From Klebsormidium nitens (lineage: Eukaryota > Plantae > Klebsormidiophyceae), in the NCBI GenBank assembly GCA_000708835.1, contig DF237000.1, positions 128,166 through 192,165 on the forward strand: 64,000 bases of DNA, written 5' to 3'. Shown piece after piece: positions 31,128 through 46,100 of this stretch. Within the stretch, counting starts at the first letter, position 1. Every line of letters starts with the position of its first letter. The notes below the pieces were generated by a model. It did no database searches. It was not told the DNA's origin and saw nothing but the letters and a program-made list of their open reading frames with translations. The position numbers and the translations under genes are program-made.

Positions 31128-34100
31128 ATGGCTTCCACATTGGCGGCAAGCGCCAGGGCGGCCTTCGGCAGCATTGCTCCGGCTCAATGCGGTCCCCAGA
31201 GGCACGATGATTTGCACAGCGGGGTTATCCACCGGGGGAGGAGCAGGGCTTGCATTTTACCCCCGCGGAGCATCGGACAGAAGGACAGGCCATTGGTGAA
31301 CAACTGGGCAGGGTCTGAGCTGCGGGCTGTAAAGGGGGCTCTCACAAGAGATGGAACAAATAGAAGAGCAGCTGGCATCAGAGTGAGGGCTTTACTAAGT
31401 TCTTCAATGTGGTTTGCCTCATCATTGAATTTGCGGCGTTGGCAGCATTACTCATTTAGGGCGCTGACACTTATGTCTTGCTCAAGGACATGCAATTGGC
31501 CTGAAAGTCTGCACAACTGAATTGGCGGAACTAGAAGCATCCAAGGGAGAGTGGTGTAAGGGTTTGGGTTTCCCTGCGCTCTGCATGCATTTTGGTCGTG
31601 CAATAAGAAGGAATCAGTTTAGAGGTCGAGGTTGCTGGGTCGCAACTTGTGTTGCCTGCCCGTTCAAACGGGGCTCAGGGAAAGTGGATCGCGTGTTGCC
31701 ACGTAGAGTGGGTATGCCTTTGATGAGCACCAGCGTTCTAAAAAGTTGCATGCAGCAGGGCAAATGACAGCAATGTTGGTTCACCTTTACCAGGCCTCAG
31801 AATGCAGCATCGCAAATAGGAGTTGGCCATTCCAACGGGGTTTCTCGAGCGCTTCATTGGACTTTTGAAATCGGAAATTGCCAAATACTCCATTGGTGCG
31901 TTTGTTTTGGCGGTTGATCTCCGGATACGTCTATGAATGCTCGGGTGTTATCAATGGAGAGGGCCGTGGCAGAGACCCATTACGGCATTCTGCTCCGGGG
32001 TTAGTTCTACAGATTCTGGTTGTTGCTACTCTGTTGCGAAAGTTTGAAGGTTCTTTGGTATGCAATCTCCAACGTAGATTGCTCGGTTAGCTCTTGAGTT
32101 TTCTAGTGCACTCCCTCTGCAACTTCCTTCATTCATTGGACACATTCAGATGGAATTATGAGGAGATTATCCTGCCGAGACGGACGTTTCATAATGAGCG
32201 CCACCTGTGCAGTGCTCCGCAGACAATGGCGCACCAAAGACGAAGGAGGCTCCCATCAAGATTATCTTGTCTGGGCCACCTGCCTCAGGGAAAGGCACGC
32301 AGGCGGAGGAACTGGTGAAGAAGGTGAGATAGCAGAACTGTCGAAACCCTAAAAGTCCGGTTGTAGAAAAGCCAGACAATAAGCCTCCTGGCGCGTGCTT
32401 CTATTCTTGCAACTAGAACAGAAGGTTACGGCAGTTTCATGCCTTCAGGCACGTAAGGGCGGCAGTGGCACAGGGCTATCATACACACCCACGGTCCACT
32501 GAGGGGTGTAGACTGGGGGTTAGCTAAATTGGACATTGACGAGACTTCCGCTCGTCATTGGCGGCATTTGGAAGATATCTTGACTTGATTGGTCACATTG
32601 GACATGATTTCCAAACACTGAGAGGGCATGGCCGACTGTCATACTTTCACCAACTTTTCACCAACTTTTTAAGCCAGCTGCTTTCATAGAAAAGTCTAAC
32701 ACCACGAAGCGCGGTTTCAACTTACGTTTTAGAGATAAATCTGGATACTTGAGGAATGGACTACCAGGCGCTGAATGAATATCAGGTTTGAATCTGCTTG
32801 ATGTTGCAGTACAAGGTAGTTCACATTGCGGCGGGGGACTTGTTGCGCGCGGAGGTTGCGGCAGGGTCAGAGAACGGCAAGCGGGCGAAGGCGCTTATGG
32901 ACGGGGGGAATCTGGTTCCAGACGAGATCGTTGTTACGGTCAGTTCCTTCTGTTGCTATTTGTTTTGCCCCATCCTGACTCCTGGTCGCAGATTCTTATT
33001 CTGTGGAATCTTCTGCAGAGTGGACTCTCGGCGCCAGCTTCAGGCTATACATTTGCCTTTAGCCAGTAACGACTTTCTCAACGTGAGGTGTCAGAAGCCT
33101 TTGACACAGAGGTTGGCAGCCAAGATTGCTGTATATCTGAAAACATTCGGTATGACAATGCACAAGAAGGCCCCGTTCGAGATTAGGCTCCGAGGCCAAT
33201 CCCCAGGCTGCTCTAAAGGTGCATCGTTGACAGAAAAAGTTTTGTGGACGATTCAGAGTCAGACGCAAACCCTTACGAAAGACATCTGCAGTTGAGAGAG
33301 AAGCACAGCGCCCTCAACCTGGCTCAAACGTTGCATTGCGGTTCGTTCTCCAGGGCTTACACTATGCTTTGACTAATCCGAGGAGCCCTGTGAGTCTACA
33401 AATAAAGAGGATCACATGCTTACTTCCGTGATCTCGATTGGAGCTGTAAGCTGGCGGCTGTTCAGTCACTTTTTCCAGTGACTTCGGGACATATCTGCTA
33501 GCGGTGGTCAGACCCGTTCTGCTTCTCAAGGTAGATTCTGGGGCATCCTTCGAGGAACACTCTATTGAGATCCAATCCTCTCAAGTGGTTCCGCAGTTGG
33601 GAAGGAGTGGCTCGCCTGGCAGGACGCCAGGCAGAGTACTAAAATAGGACCAACACCTGCTAATTCTTTTACAGATGGCAGCTGGTAAGGAGCGTCTAGG
33701 TTGGCAAAACGCCGTACATCTTCTTAGAACGTGATCCTAAGCTTTCCTTTCCTCACCTTTTCGATAATCAGCTTGTTAAGGAGCGGCTGGCGGAGCCGGA
33801 CGTCCAACAGCATGGGTGGCTGTTGGACGGGTATCCACGGAGCGAGTCTCAAGCAGCAGCACTGGAGAAGGAGGGCATTCACCCCGACGCGTTTGTTATC
33901 CTTAGGGTAAGGGCAAGAGCAGTCTCTGCAAATCCTCCACAGTCCATCTCGTATGCAGAGGCGCACCTCTTCACTGATCGTTTCGAGTGTCCCACCTTCA
34001 TTGTGAATGCGATGAAGGATGGCAAAAGAATCCGTGATTGAGATGCGAAGACTGCGAGCACTTAAATCGCACGATTGACATCGTTCGAGGGCCCGAATCT

Positions 34101-37100
34101 AAGTCGCTTGACACAGCGTAATTCATGAGCTTCATATTCCTATAGCCCCAGATTCGGGACAGTGCCTGCAAGTTGTTGGAAGTTTTCAATCTCTGCTTCT
34201 TGTGATTGCGAGAGGCCAGCGTCCCCGATGAATTTGTCAGGATCTATTGTAAGTCCAAGCGGAGTACGAAAGGTTGTTGTGGCTGACCCTGTTTATGTTC
34301 GGCCGCCAGGTCCCTGACTTGTCGAGTCTTACTAACTAGTCCTTGAAGAATATTCACCTTCTCGAAACTGTGGGATACCCAAGTTTCGAACATGTTACAA
34401 AGGCTGTACCTGAAATCGCGATCTGAAGAGGATTCTTTCTCAACCTTCTTTCTTTCGGCTGCCAGGTCCCCGACTCGTCCATTGTTGACCGCATCACGGG
34501 GCGACGCCTTGATCCGGAGACTGGAAAGATCTACCACATGAAGTATAAGAAGCCTGAGAGCGACGAGATTGCCAAGCGGCTCGTGACGCGGAGCGACGAC
34601 ACAGTTGACAAGGTGCAATTTTGACTCCTCCGTCATTGTGAGCCTGCCGCACGCAGTCGTCACTGTTAAGAGATGCTACTTTAGCGAGTCATGGAGCTCG
34701 GTGGTGGGGAATGCACTCGCTGCATGGGATTCTTTGTTGCTCAACAGCATCTCAGGAAGTAATGCAGATGTGTGCCCATAGCTAAGTTCGTCTGTCCGCG
34801 ACAATCTTTCAGTTGCTGCGTGTTCGGAGAATCTTGAACTGTTTGAAGCTGCTACTTCATGGTGCCTCCCAGGAGAACCTCGACGATGTTGCGACCGATC
34901 CGTCAATCTTGAGCGCAGCCCTCCGTCGTTGCTGCGTAGGACATCAAGTCCCAGGATATTTGGTGCTCCTGAAGACTTGAGGTCATAAGGGCCCCATCTC
35001 TAGAATGACGGCATAAAAGTCGGCTTCCAGTCTTCAAAGTCGTGCAAATGCTAATGCTGGTGACGCTTTGCAGGTCAAGACGCGGCTGGAGGTGTACAGC
35101 AAGCACCTGAACGACGTGGCGAGCTTGTACCTGGACGAGATTGTGTTCGTAAGTCTCCCACTTCTAGTTGTCCTTGGCCTCACCGTTCGCAGACGGCTTG
35201 ATGTGGTACATCTTTGTCACCTTCTTCTGCCCGCCTAACCAACGGAGAGCGTCATTGTCGATTCGCCCTTCCATGCAGTCACCTCTTCCAAGCTGCTTGG
35301 AAACGTCGTAATCACAACTGGCCCCAAGAATACAGAGGAATCGAATCACTGACTTAGCCAAAGCGACGCATCTCTCTCAAGTGTTGGAAAGACGTATGTC
35401 TTTGCCGATGGTCCGCCCCAACATAAGCAACGCAAAATTCGCTCGGGGTGTAGGATCTTGAAGTCCACCTAACCTTTCTAAAATGCAAACACTATTCGCT
35501 AAGCTCCCCAGACACGAGAGTAGATCAAGCCGGGCAGACAACGAGTACCGACCTTCGTCGTCCGTTGCTTTGCCACCCGCGTCGTAGTCTTTCGGATGCA
35601 TTTCCATGAAGGCCGGATGTACCTCTTAGGTCGGCCAACCAGTGTGATTGCTGGTGCCCGGCTAGCGGCACTGCCACAGACTAATTTATATATTTAGATT
35701 CAACACATTATCAAGGCCCAGAATGCAACTACTAGAAGTCTCTGCTCGAGTTGCCCATCAGTGAGGTCTCTAGTGCAATTGGGAGGAGCAGCGCTGCCGC
35801 TGATACCAATCACTTTGCTGTTTGTCTTGCGCAGGTGGACGGAAACCGGCCGCCGCAGGACGTGTTCCAGGACATTGACGCGGTCGTCCAAAAGTTGCAG
35901 AGCGGAGAGAAGGTAGAGCAATTGGTCCAAGTCTGACATAGTGTCCGTTTTGGCATTTCTCTTGCGAAGTTACTTGAGAACCAAGTAGGCATAGAATTCG
36001 GAAGTTGAGCTGTTGAGTGAAGCAGTTGAAGGCATAAAAAGGGCAAGCGTTCGCTGCACTACCTTTGTCAAGAGGTTTCAAGTGCTGGCATCCGTGCAGC
36101 GTGTAGCTTTACGCAATAGTATGCATGATAACGAACTCGAGTCAGGAGTCCACTTAGCTGGAAAGGTAGCTCAATTGAATTAGAGGCTGGCAAGAGACGA
36201 GTATTGAGCCCAGGTTCAGAGGTTAGCCAGGTTTTAGCGAGAGAGGTTTTCAACATTTGTAGTCCTCAAACGCGGAAGCCACCGTTTGCTTGTGGGGTGG
36301 TCGCGTCAAACTTTAGCAGAAGACTTGGACAGAAATGTAGACCTGTTGGAAATGTGCAAAGAGGACAATTCGGAGTTTTAAAAAAAGTCCAAAATGGGGA
36401 AAAAGTTGAGCAACGTACTTTGTTGCGACTAGCGTTCAAGATGCGCCATGCACCTCCATCTTTCTGCCCTGCTTACTTCCTGTGATATTCGAACTGTCAA
36501 TGTCTGGTTTTCTAAGGTTGCCAATCTCTTGTTCAGCTTTTTAGCTTGAAAAAGGATCGGAGACTCGTGCAAACAGCTCCTTGACATCTTCAAAAATGTT
36601 TGGACAAAAGTGTTTTGTCCTCAATTGAACAACACTGTAGCGCTTGCTCGCTTTCCAATGCTTCCATCTTAGTCGGTCCACAACGCACTTCTTGATGCAC
36701 TCTTTGAATAGGTGGTGATTTGTTACGGGTGTCTCCTTACGGGTTTCAAACGTATGCTCAAGGGTCTAAGAGGCCCCGTTCTTTCTCCTGACGTTCTCAA
36801 AATCGTATCCCGCTCCGTCTTGTTTTGCCGCCCGGCCCCCTTACAGGGCCCCTCCACCCGCCGCTGCTGACGCCGCCTTCTCTTGGGTGCTTTCAGGAGA
36901 AAGCGGTACCCCCCCGAGAGGAGGCGGACGTCAGGGCAGAGGCGGAGGAGGTGAGCCGGGCACTGCGGGCATTGCTTTTATCCAAATTCAGGGGGGTACT
37001 CCAGCCGACAAACCTTCTCTTGGCTTCATGTTTGAAAACGTGCCGTTTTCTTTGTCCGAGTTTCTGTACCCTGCTTGGTCCTGGGCCCCGGAGGTCGAGT

Positions 37101-40100
37101 GTCCTTAGCAATGTTTGTGTGGTGGTCTTTGTAGCCCCGTTTGAATGACAACCGCTGCGTGGCGTGGACCAGCGGAGGAGATGTTCGTAATTTGAAATTC
37201 CCACTCCATCTCATCTGGAAAAGATCAACGGGTTGTTTGGTTGTAACGGAAAAAGAGATTGGAATGAAAGAGATTGGCCGTTCTTGCGGTCCCTCAAGAA
37301 CTCAACAGCAGTTTCCTCCAGTCTTTCTCTGCGATCATTTGGCATTGCGTCCCCTCGCTGACTGCTGCTCAGTATGCCTCTGACGTTTCTTTGGCGCTGC
37401 ATGTCGGTGAACGTTTTCCAGAACCCCACTTCAAGTTGTCCATAAGGACGTGTAATCGATCCGAACCCCTGAGCAGTCTTCAGCAACAATGCAAGCTGAT
37501 CATGCTCTTTGACGGAAAGCGCTGGTTTCTCCTTGTTGCCCGCGCCCCTTGGCTACCTGTTTTGTTTTCTGACCGGGAAGAAAGCTGGACTGTTGGATTG
37601 TCTCCCAGAACTAAAAAGTTGAGCTGATGTCCTAAGACTTCGACGTTTGCCAACGTACGTGTGCATGCGTAGCAGCCTGTTACAAACTAGTGGAACACTT
37701 TTCCTGGGCTGTGGTCAAGCGCTTGTCTCGACAGAAACCAGGACTTGTAATGGTTTCTTCAGATGCCTTGTCGTTGAATCCTGGCTTTCCAAAGGAAAGC
37801 TTCTATGGTAAAACGCATACGGTCTTGTCGGTGGTGTGTTTTGCTGCCGTCTGGATCCATAGAACGGAGCATGGCCAGGAGAAAGAAGACCTGAGTTGGT
37901 TGTCTTCACCCAACCAGGGTCAGTGCTATCTCTCGAGCCGTCAGACACACTTTGAATTCGCACGCCCTCAAAATAACCGAGGACTTCACCGCATGCTCCC
38001 GCCTTGCGAGCAGAACGTCTTTGCGAGATGCAGAGAGGGGTGCACCTCGGCCAAGCAACCTCACAAACCTTCTTCATTTGTTGCTTGCACCGTCTGCTGC
38101 TGAATCGCATCGCCCAATCGTGAACTCAAGGCGAGAAAATCTTGTATTTATGGCTTTGTTTTTAACCCTGCGGCAGAACGACCAAGTTCTTTAGGCCCAT
38201 GTTTGCGCGGGACGGCGTAGTGTGCGGCAGATAATCATCGACCTGCCGGTGGCTAGGTGAGGATGGCTAGGGGATTGTTGCCTGAGGGATGGGGCGTTGC
38301 TCCAACTGTCGGTGACGATTCCGACGACTCGGATAAACTTGGGCGTTTTTAATGTCAAAGCGTGTCCTGACTCTAATGCTCGGTATCAGAGTCATTGCAA
38401 GGGCTATTCGATAAGCTGGGCTGTTTCCATAATCTTGTTCAAAGCGTTCGCTTCTTCAAGGTTCATGTACACGGCTCGGGTTCGCATTCTCGTGCACGAA
38501 GGGCGTCATCGTATTTGCCCTTTGAATTGATCGTGGAGATGATTCTCCTGTATATCAAGCGAAGTGTCTCGTGGTTTCTGTGTTTTGGTGACGATTGGGA
38601 ACGATGGTCAGGAGGAGGTGCGCCGTCATTGTAAATCGACTTCTCCTTTTTTGTTCTTCCTACCGACACCATCCTTGTCTTCAAGCCAAAATTGGAGAGT
38701 TGAGCATCCGTTTCTGAAAGCCGCATCCGAATCTGACTAATAATTGGATGATGTCAAGCAGAACCGTATGTTCACTGGTGGATTCAATACGTCTGCTCGC
38801 GTTCGGCTATCGTTCTTTGTCTTGTTTCTAAGGAGGAGTCGATAGCTTGCACTAGAATCCACTTTTACTGAGTTGCTTGATCAACCTTTTCGAGGATTAG
38901 CGATAGTGTGCCCGAACGCTGAGCTCTTGGAGTTCAGCGGAAGACCAAGCGCACCTTCTCGAGGCCAATGTCTTGGTGTAGATCTGCAACAAAAAGGAAT
39001 GGCAAGGAAGGCGACATCAGCTGTCTGGGGCTGTAATGTTCCAATGCAATTGCAAGAAATCTGACGCCACTCCTTCCTGACGCCACTCCTCTGAAGTGCC
39101 AGTTGATCAAAATCTCCAAATCCATGCCCGCCGTAAGTTGGTTTGCTAGGGCCTCCTTTTGAGGACACCAGTGGTCTGCTCATCTGTTGCGGGCGAAATT
39201 GCTGCACATACTCGCGCGGACGGCGTTGAAGGGAGTCGATAGGACGCAGCCAGGTCCTCCTTATATTTACCGTTGGCAAACGCTGATGTTAGGTTATTGT
39301 CCTTAACCCTGCTATCCAATCAGTCACGACAGATCGGCTTTCAGAACCGCCTCTCAAGACCTTCACGAAAGAAAAACTGTGTTCAGTAGCTATTGGAAGA
39401 AGCGCAAAGATCACATCTCGAGAATGATTTTGCATAATCACGCCTCCGTGCCTATACTAACTGTGATTCATCACATCCGTCTTCCTTTTGTTTTTTCTCG
39501 TGGCTGCCGTGGCTGGGATTATGATCGCCGGTGGGATTTCCCCCAGGTCATGCATCTTCCATCCGTTGATGCCACCAACACCGCTTGCCACGTACCACCT
39601 CAAAAGGGTGCTCCTGCCAAATTTCGATAACATTTTACGCGTTCTGCCCGCGTCGCAAAATCAACAGCCCGGGCACGAGATGCAAGGGAGGGTTGTTGTT
39701 GCGCATCGAGCGCCTCATTTGACATTGCACCCGGAGACAGACAAGCACGCAATTGCTACAGCGCTCCCCTGGTCTAGACCGCTGTTTGACTGTGAGGAAG
39801 TTGAAGAGTTCTGCAGGCTAAAGTATCGGGCCAATTGCATGCGCCAAGCTGCCGGACGTTCTGGTTTCGAATTGGCTTCGCGACCGGTTGCCAAGGGATG
39901 CATTTACTGAGACAGTCTGTAGTGTGCTAGGGCCTGCGGCCTCGAAGGCCGACTTTAATAGCGAACACATTCTGTCGTCAACCAAACAGCCCTTTGAACC
40001 TTTCCAACGAAGTTACTCCGCAGAAGAGCCCCTGCTCCGACCTTGTCTTCACGACCATCTGGCGTTCCGCGATCCGTCGTTCCACTGCTGCTGAATCGGC

Positions 40101-43100
40101 GTCTGAGCTTTGAACGCACTGCGTTCATCCTGGAAAATCAGCAAAAGTCCCCCGCTTTATGTCGTCGATGTGGACAAGCTGTCCAACAAGGTCCCGCTCT
40201 TCGAGAAATTTTAAGCAACGTATCAAACTGGTCCTGTTTGTGCAGTTAAACCGCTGGCTGTGCCTTGTTGCCTGCGTCTCTCGTTTGTGCATCTGTTCAT
40301 TCTGCTCATGTTGTTCACTTCACTGACTGATTCAAGGTGGCTGGGAAAAGAGCTACATGTGGGGATTGTCTCCCATCAAGGTGCAGCGGTTCTGACGCCA
40401 TCGAACAGCGACGTTTGCCAGTCTGTATGCGTACGCATGGCAGCCTCTGACACGTGGGGCAAACAGTGTTCATGCGCCTGGCTCCGGTCAAGTGGTCGTC
40501 TGGTAGAAACCGAATTTGCCGTTTCTCTTGAAGTACAATTGGTTTGTCTGGTGGAGGCTCTCACGACGGAACCGCTATTGTTCAGATACCTTGTAGGGTA
40601 CGCTACCTTGTACGGTGGATTGCTCTGTTGCCGTCAGTTCGTCTACATGAAGTCAACGGCTTGAACAAAAGCTCTGGTTCGGTTATTGTTTCTCAACCGT
40701 TGGCTGCGAGGTTTTTTGTTCCCTCGCCCGCACTTTAGGTCTGACTGCACGTCCGAACCGCCACCGAACACCACGTGCTCCCGCCTTGCAAGCAGTACAT
40801 CTGTGCTGTTCGTAGGAAAGATCCAGTTCACCCGGGAGTTATGCAAAGCTTCTGTATCATTGCTTGCAAAGTCTGCAGCTCAGAAATCATTGCTAATCGT
40901 CGGAAATGTCGGTGCGGACGAGCCGCCATTCCCTTTCCGTTGGCTTTCAAGGCTGATCTCTGCGGAAGGACTTCACCCTATCTAATCCCATTTTGCGCGG
41001 GTCGCCGTAATATGCTTTCAAGACCTGTCAACCAGCGATGGCTAGATGAGGAAGGCTAGGAAAGCTGTTGTTCAAAGCTTGGGGCGTTGCCCCAAACACG
41101 ACACCGTTTGACGCCATCTAGTGGAAACGTGTTCAAATCTGCCATGCTAGAGTTTCTCTTTCACTCTCACAGTTTGATGATCAGAGTCCTCGCAAGGGCT
41201 TGCCTGTCGGTTATAACCCGTATATTGAAGGCGTGTCAGTGGATCCGATGACATACGATGCTTCCCTTCGGGTCCATGTAGGCAGCTCCAATCGATCAAC
41301 GGTTTATAAACTTTACTTAATGAGCCTGGGCGCACTAGTAGCTGCCGTTTGAAGACGGTTATGTTCGAGCGCAAAACTTCATATAAGTCTTGTGGTCCTT
41401 GATGACTGGTTTTGCGAACACTCTGACCTTGCAAGGTCACAGTGATTTCCTTTTTGCTTCTGTCGCGTTTTCACGCACGGGCACGATGGTCAGGAGGAGG
41501 TGCGCCGTTGGTGTCGCTCGATCGACGCCATGCTTGCACGTTGCTTACTGACACCACCCATGGCTCCAAGCTAAGACTCAGTTGGAGACGTCAGACTTGT
41601 CCAATTGCTTTTCAGGTCACAACTTCTGGACATCGGAAGCCGCATCCGGATGTGAAGTAACCGCACTGTTGCCCGACTCTCAAGCAGAGCCGCACTTCGT
41701 CGGTGGATATGACACAACTGCTTGCGTTTATGCGATCGTGCATATTGTCTGGCCGCTGAAAATAACTCGAAGGCCTGCACAAATCGTCCCCTCACCGGGA
41801 TACTTGATCAATCCTTTTGTGTTACTCGTAGCACTTGTAAGCTAGGGTTAAAAGTTCTGGGGAAAGTATAACCGTACCTTTTTGAGGCCGTTATTTTGGT
41901 GTAAGATCGTCAATTAGAATGGCAAGGAAGGCGACACCGGCTGCCTGGGGTTACCTCCACAGCGGGATTGAGACGGGTCCCTGACGCCACTCCTCTGAAA
42001 CGCTGGTCAACTCAATGTTTCCGACTAGCATCCGCTCTGCCTTGATTCTGTAAGTATCTGCCAAAGGGTTTGCTATTCGCTGAAAGCCAGTCAATGCTGG
42101 TCGCTCGGCCTTCGTTTTCGTTTTTAGTGGTTGCTCAACCGTTCCCCTCTGCGCAGAGTTTGTGCTCGTACCCCGTGCAGATGTACCGATAGAGGTTCCT
42201 CCACTTATCATCTAAAGATGCCCCCAAATCGTTATCAGACCTCCCGATGGCGATGACCTGCGACGGATTTTTGTCCCGCAGGCTGCTGCTCAGAAAATTG
42301 CAAAACAGAGGCCAGCAATACCCCTCTACTCCTGTGGTCACGCCTCCGTGCCTAGGCAGTCTTTGTTTTTTGTGTCGCTCTTCTGTGTGATATCCAATGC
42401 GGGTGCGGTGGCGGTGATGACTGTCGCGGCCTCTTGAGTCCGCCCCCCAGTTAAAGTTTGCAGCCTTTGTGGACGCCACCGGCACGCTGCAATTGTTCTG
42501 CGGATGAGTTGTTATCCGAAGGTGCGAGCCTGGTTGACGATAATACTCGAGCCGAAGTGCGTCTCGAAGCAAAAGGCCTGGACATAAGAAGGAGGTTCCC
42601 GGTGGTATTCCAAGTGCAGAGATTGTAAGTATACCTTTGCTGCAGTACTTGATAAAGAAAGACGAGAGCACACTTCCTGGGGCGCTGGGCTTGTCTCATT
42701 TGACATATCAAAACTGATGGCGGGGATGTCGATGGAATGTGCCTGCTGGGTGCTGAGCCCAATCGTGTGTCGTTGGCCTGAAGCCACTGTATTCTGTGCA
42801 CAAACGGTCGACTCGTATTTAAATTGACCCGTTATTTACGGATTTTCTCTGATCCACTTTCATTCTGGAGATTGCTTGGCAGCAGGTGCCAAAGTAAAGT
42901 ACTGGAGTACTGGCTGCTAATGCAGTCCAGCAACACTGCCGGCTATGATTCATCGACCTACGGGCTATTTTGCTCATTTGGTCATAGATTGAAACCTGAC
43001 GCCATAAGTCACAATGATTGGCTGCGCAAATTGGTCTGGGCTGTTTCGTTGTTACTACTCTCTTTCTGGCTTCTTTAAGGGAGTGGCTAAGACGAATTTT

Positions 43101-46100
43101 GCGCGCCGAGTCTTTGCTCACACGCAGAAGCGGCCTGGACGAAGCCACTCTGTTAGAGGCCAGATTTAGCTATTGCGAGCTTGTGTATTACCGTAGCGCA
43201 GAACAGAGTTTGCAAGTGTTAGCAAGCTGTGACACTAGAGTTGCTATGCATCTTAAGCTCCTCAAACTCTGCAACGTAGTTAAGGTCCGCTGGAGCCATT
43301 GTCAGCACATTTCCCCCCCCGAACTGGGGCCGTCTCCATTCGAGCAATCAACACAGCTGCCCTGCTATTTGACTTCCGAGGAGCAATCTGTGTCGCAATC
43401 CCAAATAGGGTGGCCGTGACGAGAGTCCCGTCTGGGTGGTTTTCCCAGAGTGGGCGTCAGGCTATGATGCCACTTCTTTAGTATAACGTCCATCACATTG
43501 GATGAAAACTGGCACATGTTGGGCTCTTTTCGTGGCTCCAGAGCAGCAGCAAAGCATTGAGTCGCAGCAAGAGCTGCCAGACCGTATGCAAATAGCGGCA
43601 GCTCCGGCAGCCGCCGTTTTCTGTTTTGAGTGCTGGGTTGCCCCTCCTCTTGTGACTGGTCCCGAGCGTCCATACTGCTTTTGTTGCTGATTTGTTGAGA
43701 ATATTAATTTGAGCAGATCTGGCTGCAGGTGTGCGAAGTTTGGCGTCTTCGTAGAAAGCGAGAACCTCTGGAAGCTTCTGTTGCTAATCAGATCAGCTTT
43801 GTGACTACTTTGCAGAGACTGCACTTTTGTACGACTGCCTCTATGAGGCAGTGGCTAAGATGCAAAGCTGCCCGCTAACGGATCGATGGCTTGCTACAAC
43901 CATCTTGACGCTACTGAACTCAAAACTTACACGAAATGTCCGCCGCCCTTTTGTTTGAGGCTTCTGACAGCGTGTTCGAAGGCCCGAGCAAGTACTCTTA
44001 TCTTCATTCCGTTTCTACCCTTTTAGAAGGTAAAGTTTCCTCTTGGGACTAGTGTTAGCGGTCCTCCGTGGGTCGGAATTGCTCTCTGAGTAAGCTGACC
44101 GTCGGGGAATCTCCGGAACATTGATAAGCTTCCGCTGTCATTCGGGCTTGCTCGCGTTTGGCTTACAAGTCTTGCTAATCTGCGCGGCCGCCTCCTTGTT
44201 CCATCTTCTGAGCAGTGGCTTGGATGGAAGGTGCTCGCTAGACGTTGCGATGAGTACTTGGACACAAGCTCTTGACGCCCTCCGCTTATCTGGACGAGTA
44301 ACAGCTCGTTGACATGCAGAACATCTGGTCCTTTGAAGTTCTAAGAAGGTTTTGCCCGGCTCATCCATTCTCTCGTCGTCTTGGTCAGCATGTCTGTCCT
44401 CATGAAAGGTCTTCGCTCTCGCATGCTGTAGTAGTCGTAGCTCTCAAGCTGATGGCTGCGACGAGATCGCTCTCCTGAGCTAACGCAACTCAAATGGCGG
44501 ATACACGCATCTGACGCCACTGGTTACGAGATGCTTTGTTCCAACTGACTACGCGATCAACATCTGTCGGTGCTTGATTTGCTGGCCGCGCCGGTCTGGG
44601 GTACTGCAAACTTGCAATTTAATATTCTTGCAATGCTTCCGGTTTTTATGAGTCGGTCAACACCGTACGTTCCTGAAGACACGTTCTTACTGACTTGCGA
44701 TATTGCCCGGTCGGCGAATGTCCGGGTGGTTGAAGAGATCCACATGGCGAGCATCAATCGTCGCCCCTTTATTGCTGCCTCCTAACGGTTCGAGTACGAC
44801 TTTTATCTGCCCCTCGTTTGTCCGAGGACGACGGGTGAAAAGATCCGGCTTTTCGAAAAGGACGTGTGTACACATCTCACGGCGCAAAACGCTTTGCCAT
44901 AATTCCTTCCACTTCAATTCTTAAGCCATTCCGGAGTAGTTTTGTCCGCGAGCGCTGGCTAGATGCGAATCCCTTGTTGGGTCTAGTATTCCTCACGATG
45001 CGAAGCGGCGATTATCTGATGCCATTGGTTCGGAGCGCTGCTTTCCTCAAAATCGTCCTTTTTCCCGGTCGCGAAAGAGCGGAAAAGCGATGCGGCGGAC
45101 ATTCCTTTCCGCAACGGACTGGCTGGAAGCAAACTATAGCCGCTTCGGCAGCCCCCATTGACTTCTTCAAAATCTTTGGTTCCGTGCACTTGAGACTAGC
45201 TGGTTTCAGACTTCTGTTAGTGACTAATCAAGCATGGCTGCGAAGAGATGCCCCGCTGCGTGAAGTTGCTCAAATAGGCAAGGTGGAGTTTGCTTCCTGG
45301 AGCCACCGAAGCTATGCTTGTCGTGATTTCAGGCCTCACGTTCGTTCGTTCTGGCTTGATGCGTTGCCGGTATAAACGATGGAAGCAGTTCTCGGAGTGC
45401 TTTGGCTATTTAGTCTATTTAGTCGGCTCCCTTGCCTCGCGGGTGGCGCGCTTTCACTCGACCTGCTCTGAGATGGTCATTGCATAGTGGGGCACTTGAC
45501 AATCCACGTGGCTAATGTTCGGACGGCATTTATATTGTCGGTGTGCTTCATACGCCTTCTTTTGGTTCGTTCGTCAAAAAGGGGGACTATTTGCACAGTC
45601 GTTGGGGGCAGGCGACCGACAGCCAAAGCCTTGATATACTTCTCACACGACCAATTCGTGCGGCAATCTTCAATTTTGGGCTGCTTAGGCAGGTGCCGGA
45701 CGAGGACATTGACGATTTTGCCTACGCAAGGTGGCAGCATTGTACGGCTGTTGATTTGCTATAGTTCAATTCACTCAACACCGCATCCTTACTTTTTCCA
45801 ACATGTATGTGTTCTTCAGAGGGTCACCTGATTTTTACTCCTTGGGGCTCCTACTGCTACCCTTGGCCTCACTCTTTTCTTCTTCTTCTTCTTCTTCTTC
45901 TTCTTCTTCGCCCAAACAACGTTGAAGCTTGAGAATCGTAGTGCGCGCTGAGGATTGATCCAAAGCACAGAAAGGTTAGAGCCTGCGGTGGGTTTTCTTC
46001 CTGTCCAGCCGGCTCTGACTGCCAAAGTAGTTGCATTTTAGATGGCTGCCGTACTGCTACTTCGATGGATATTCGATCTCTGTAGAGGTTGCCGCTCATA

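Noticed and set aside
42717-42765. GGDVDG(M/T)CLL as a HAD DxDGT or transposase catalytic motif
   Set aside because: It lacks the preceding hydrophobic beta-strand, and no further family motifs could be found at the expected spacing.
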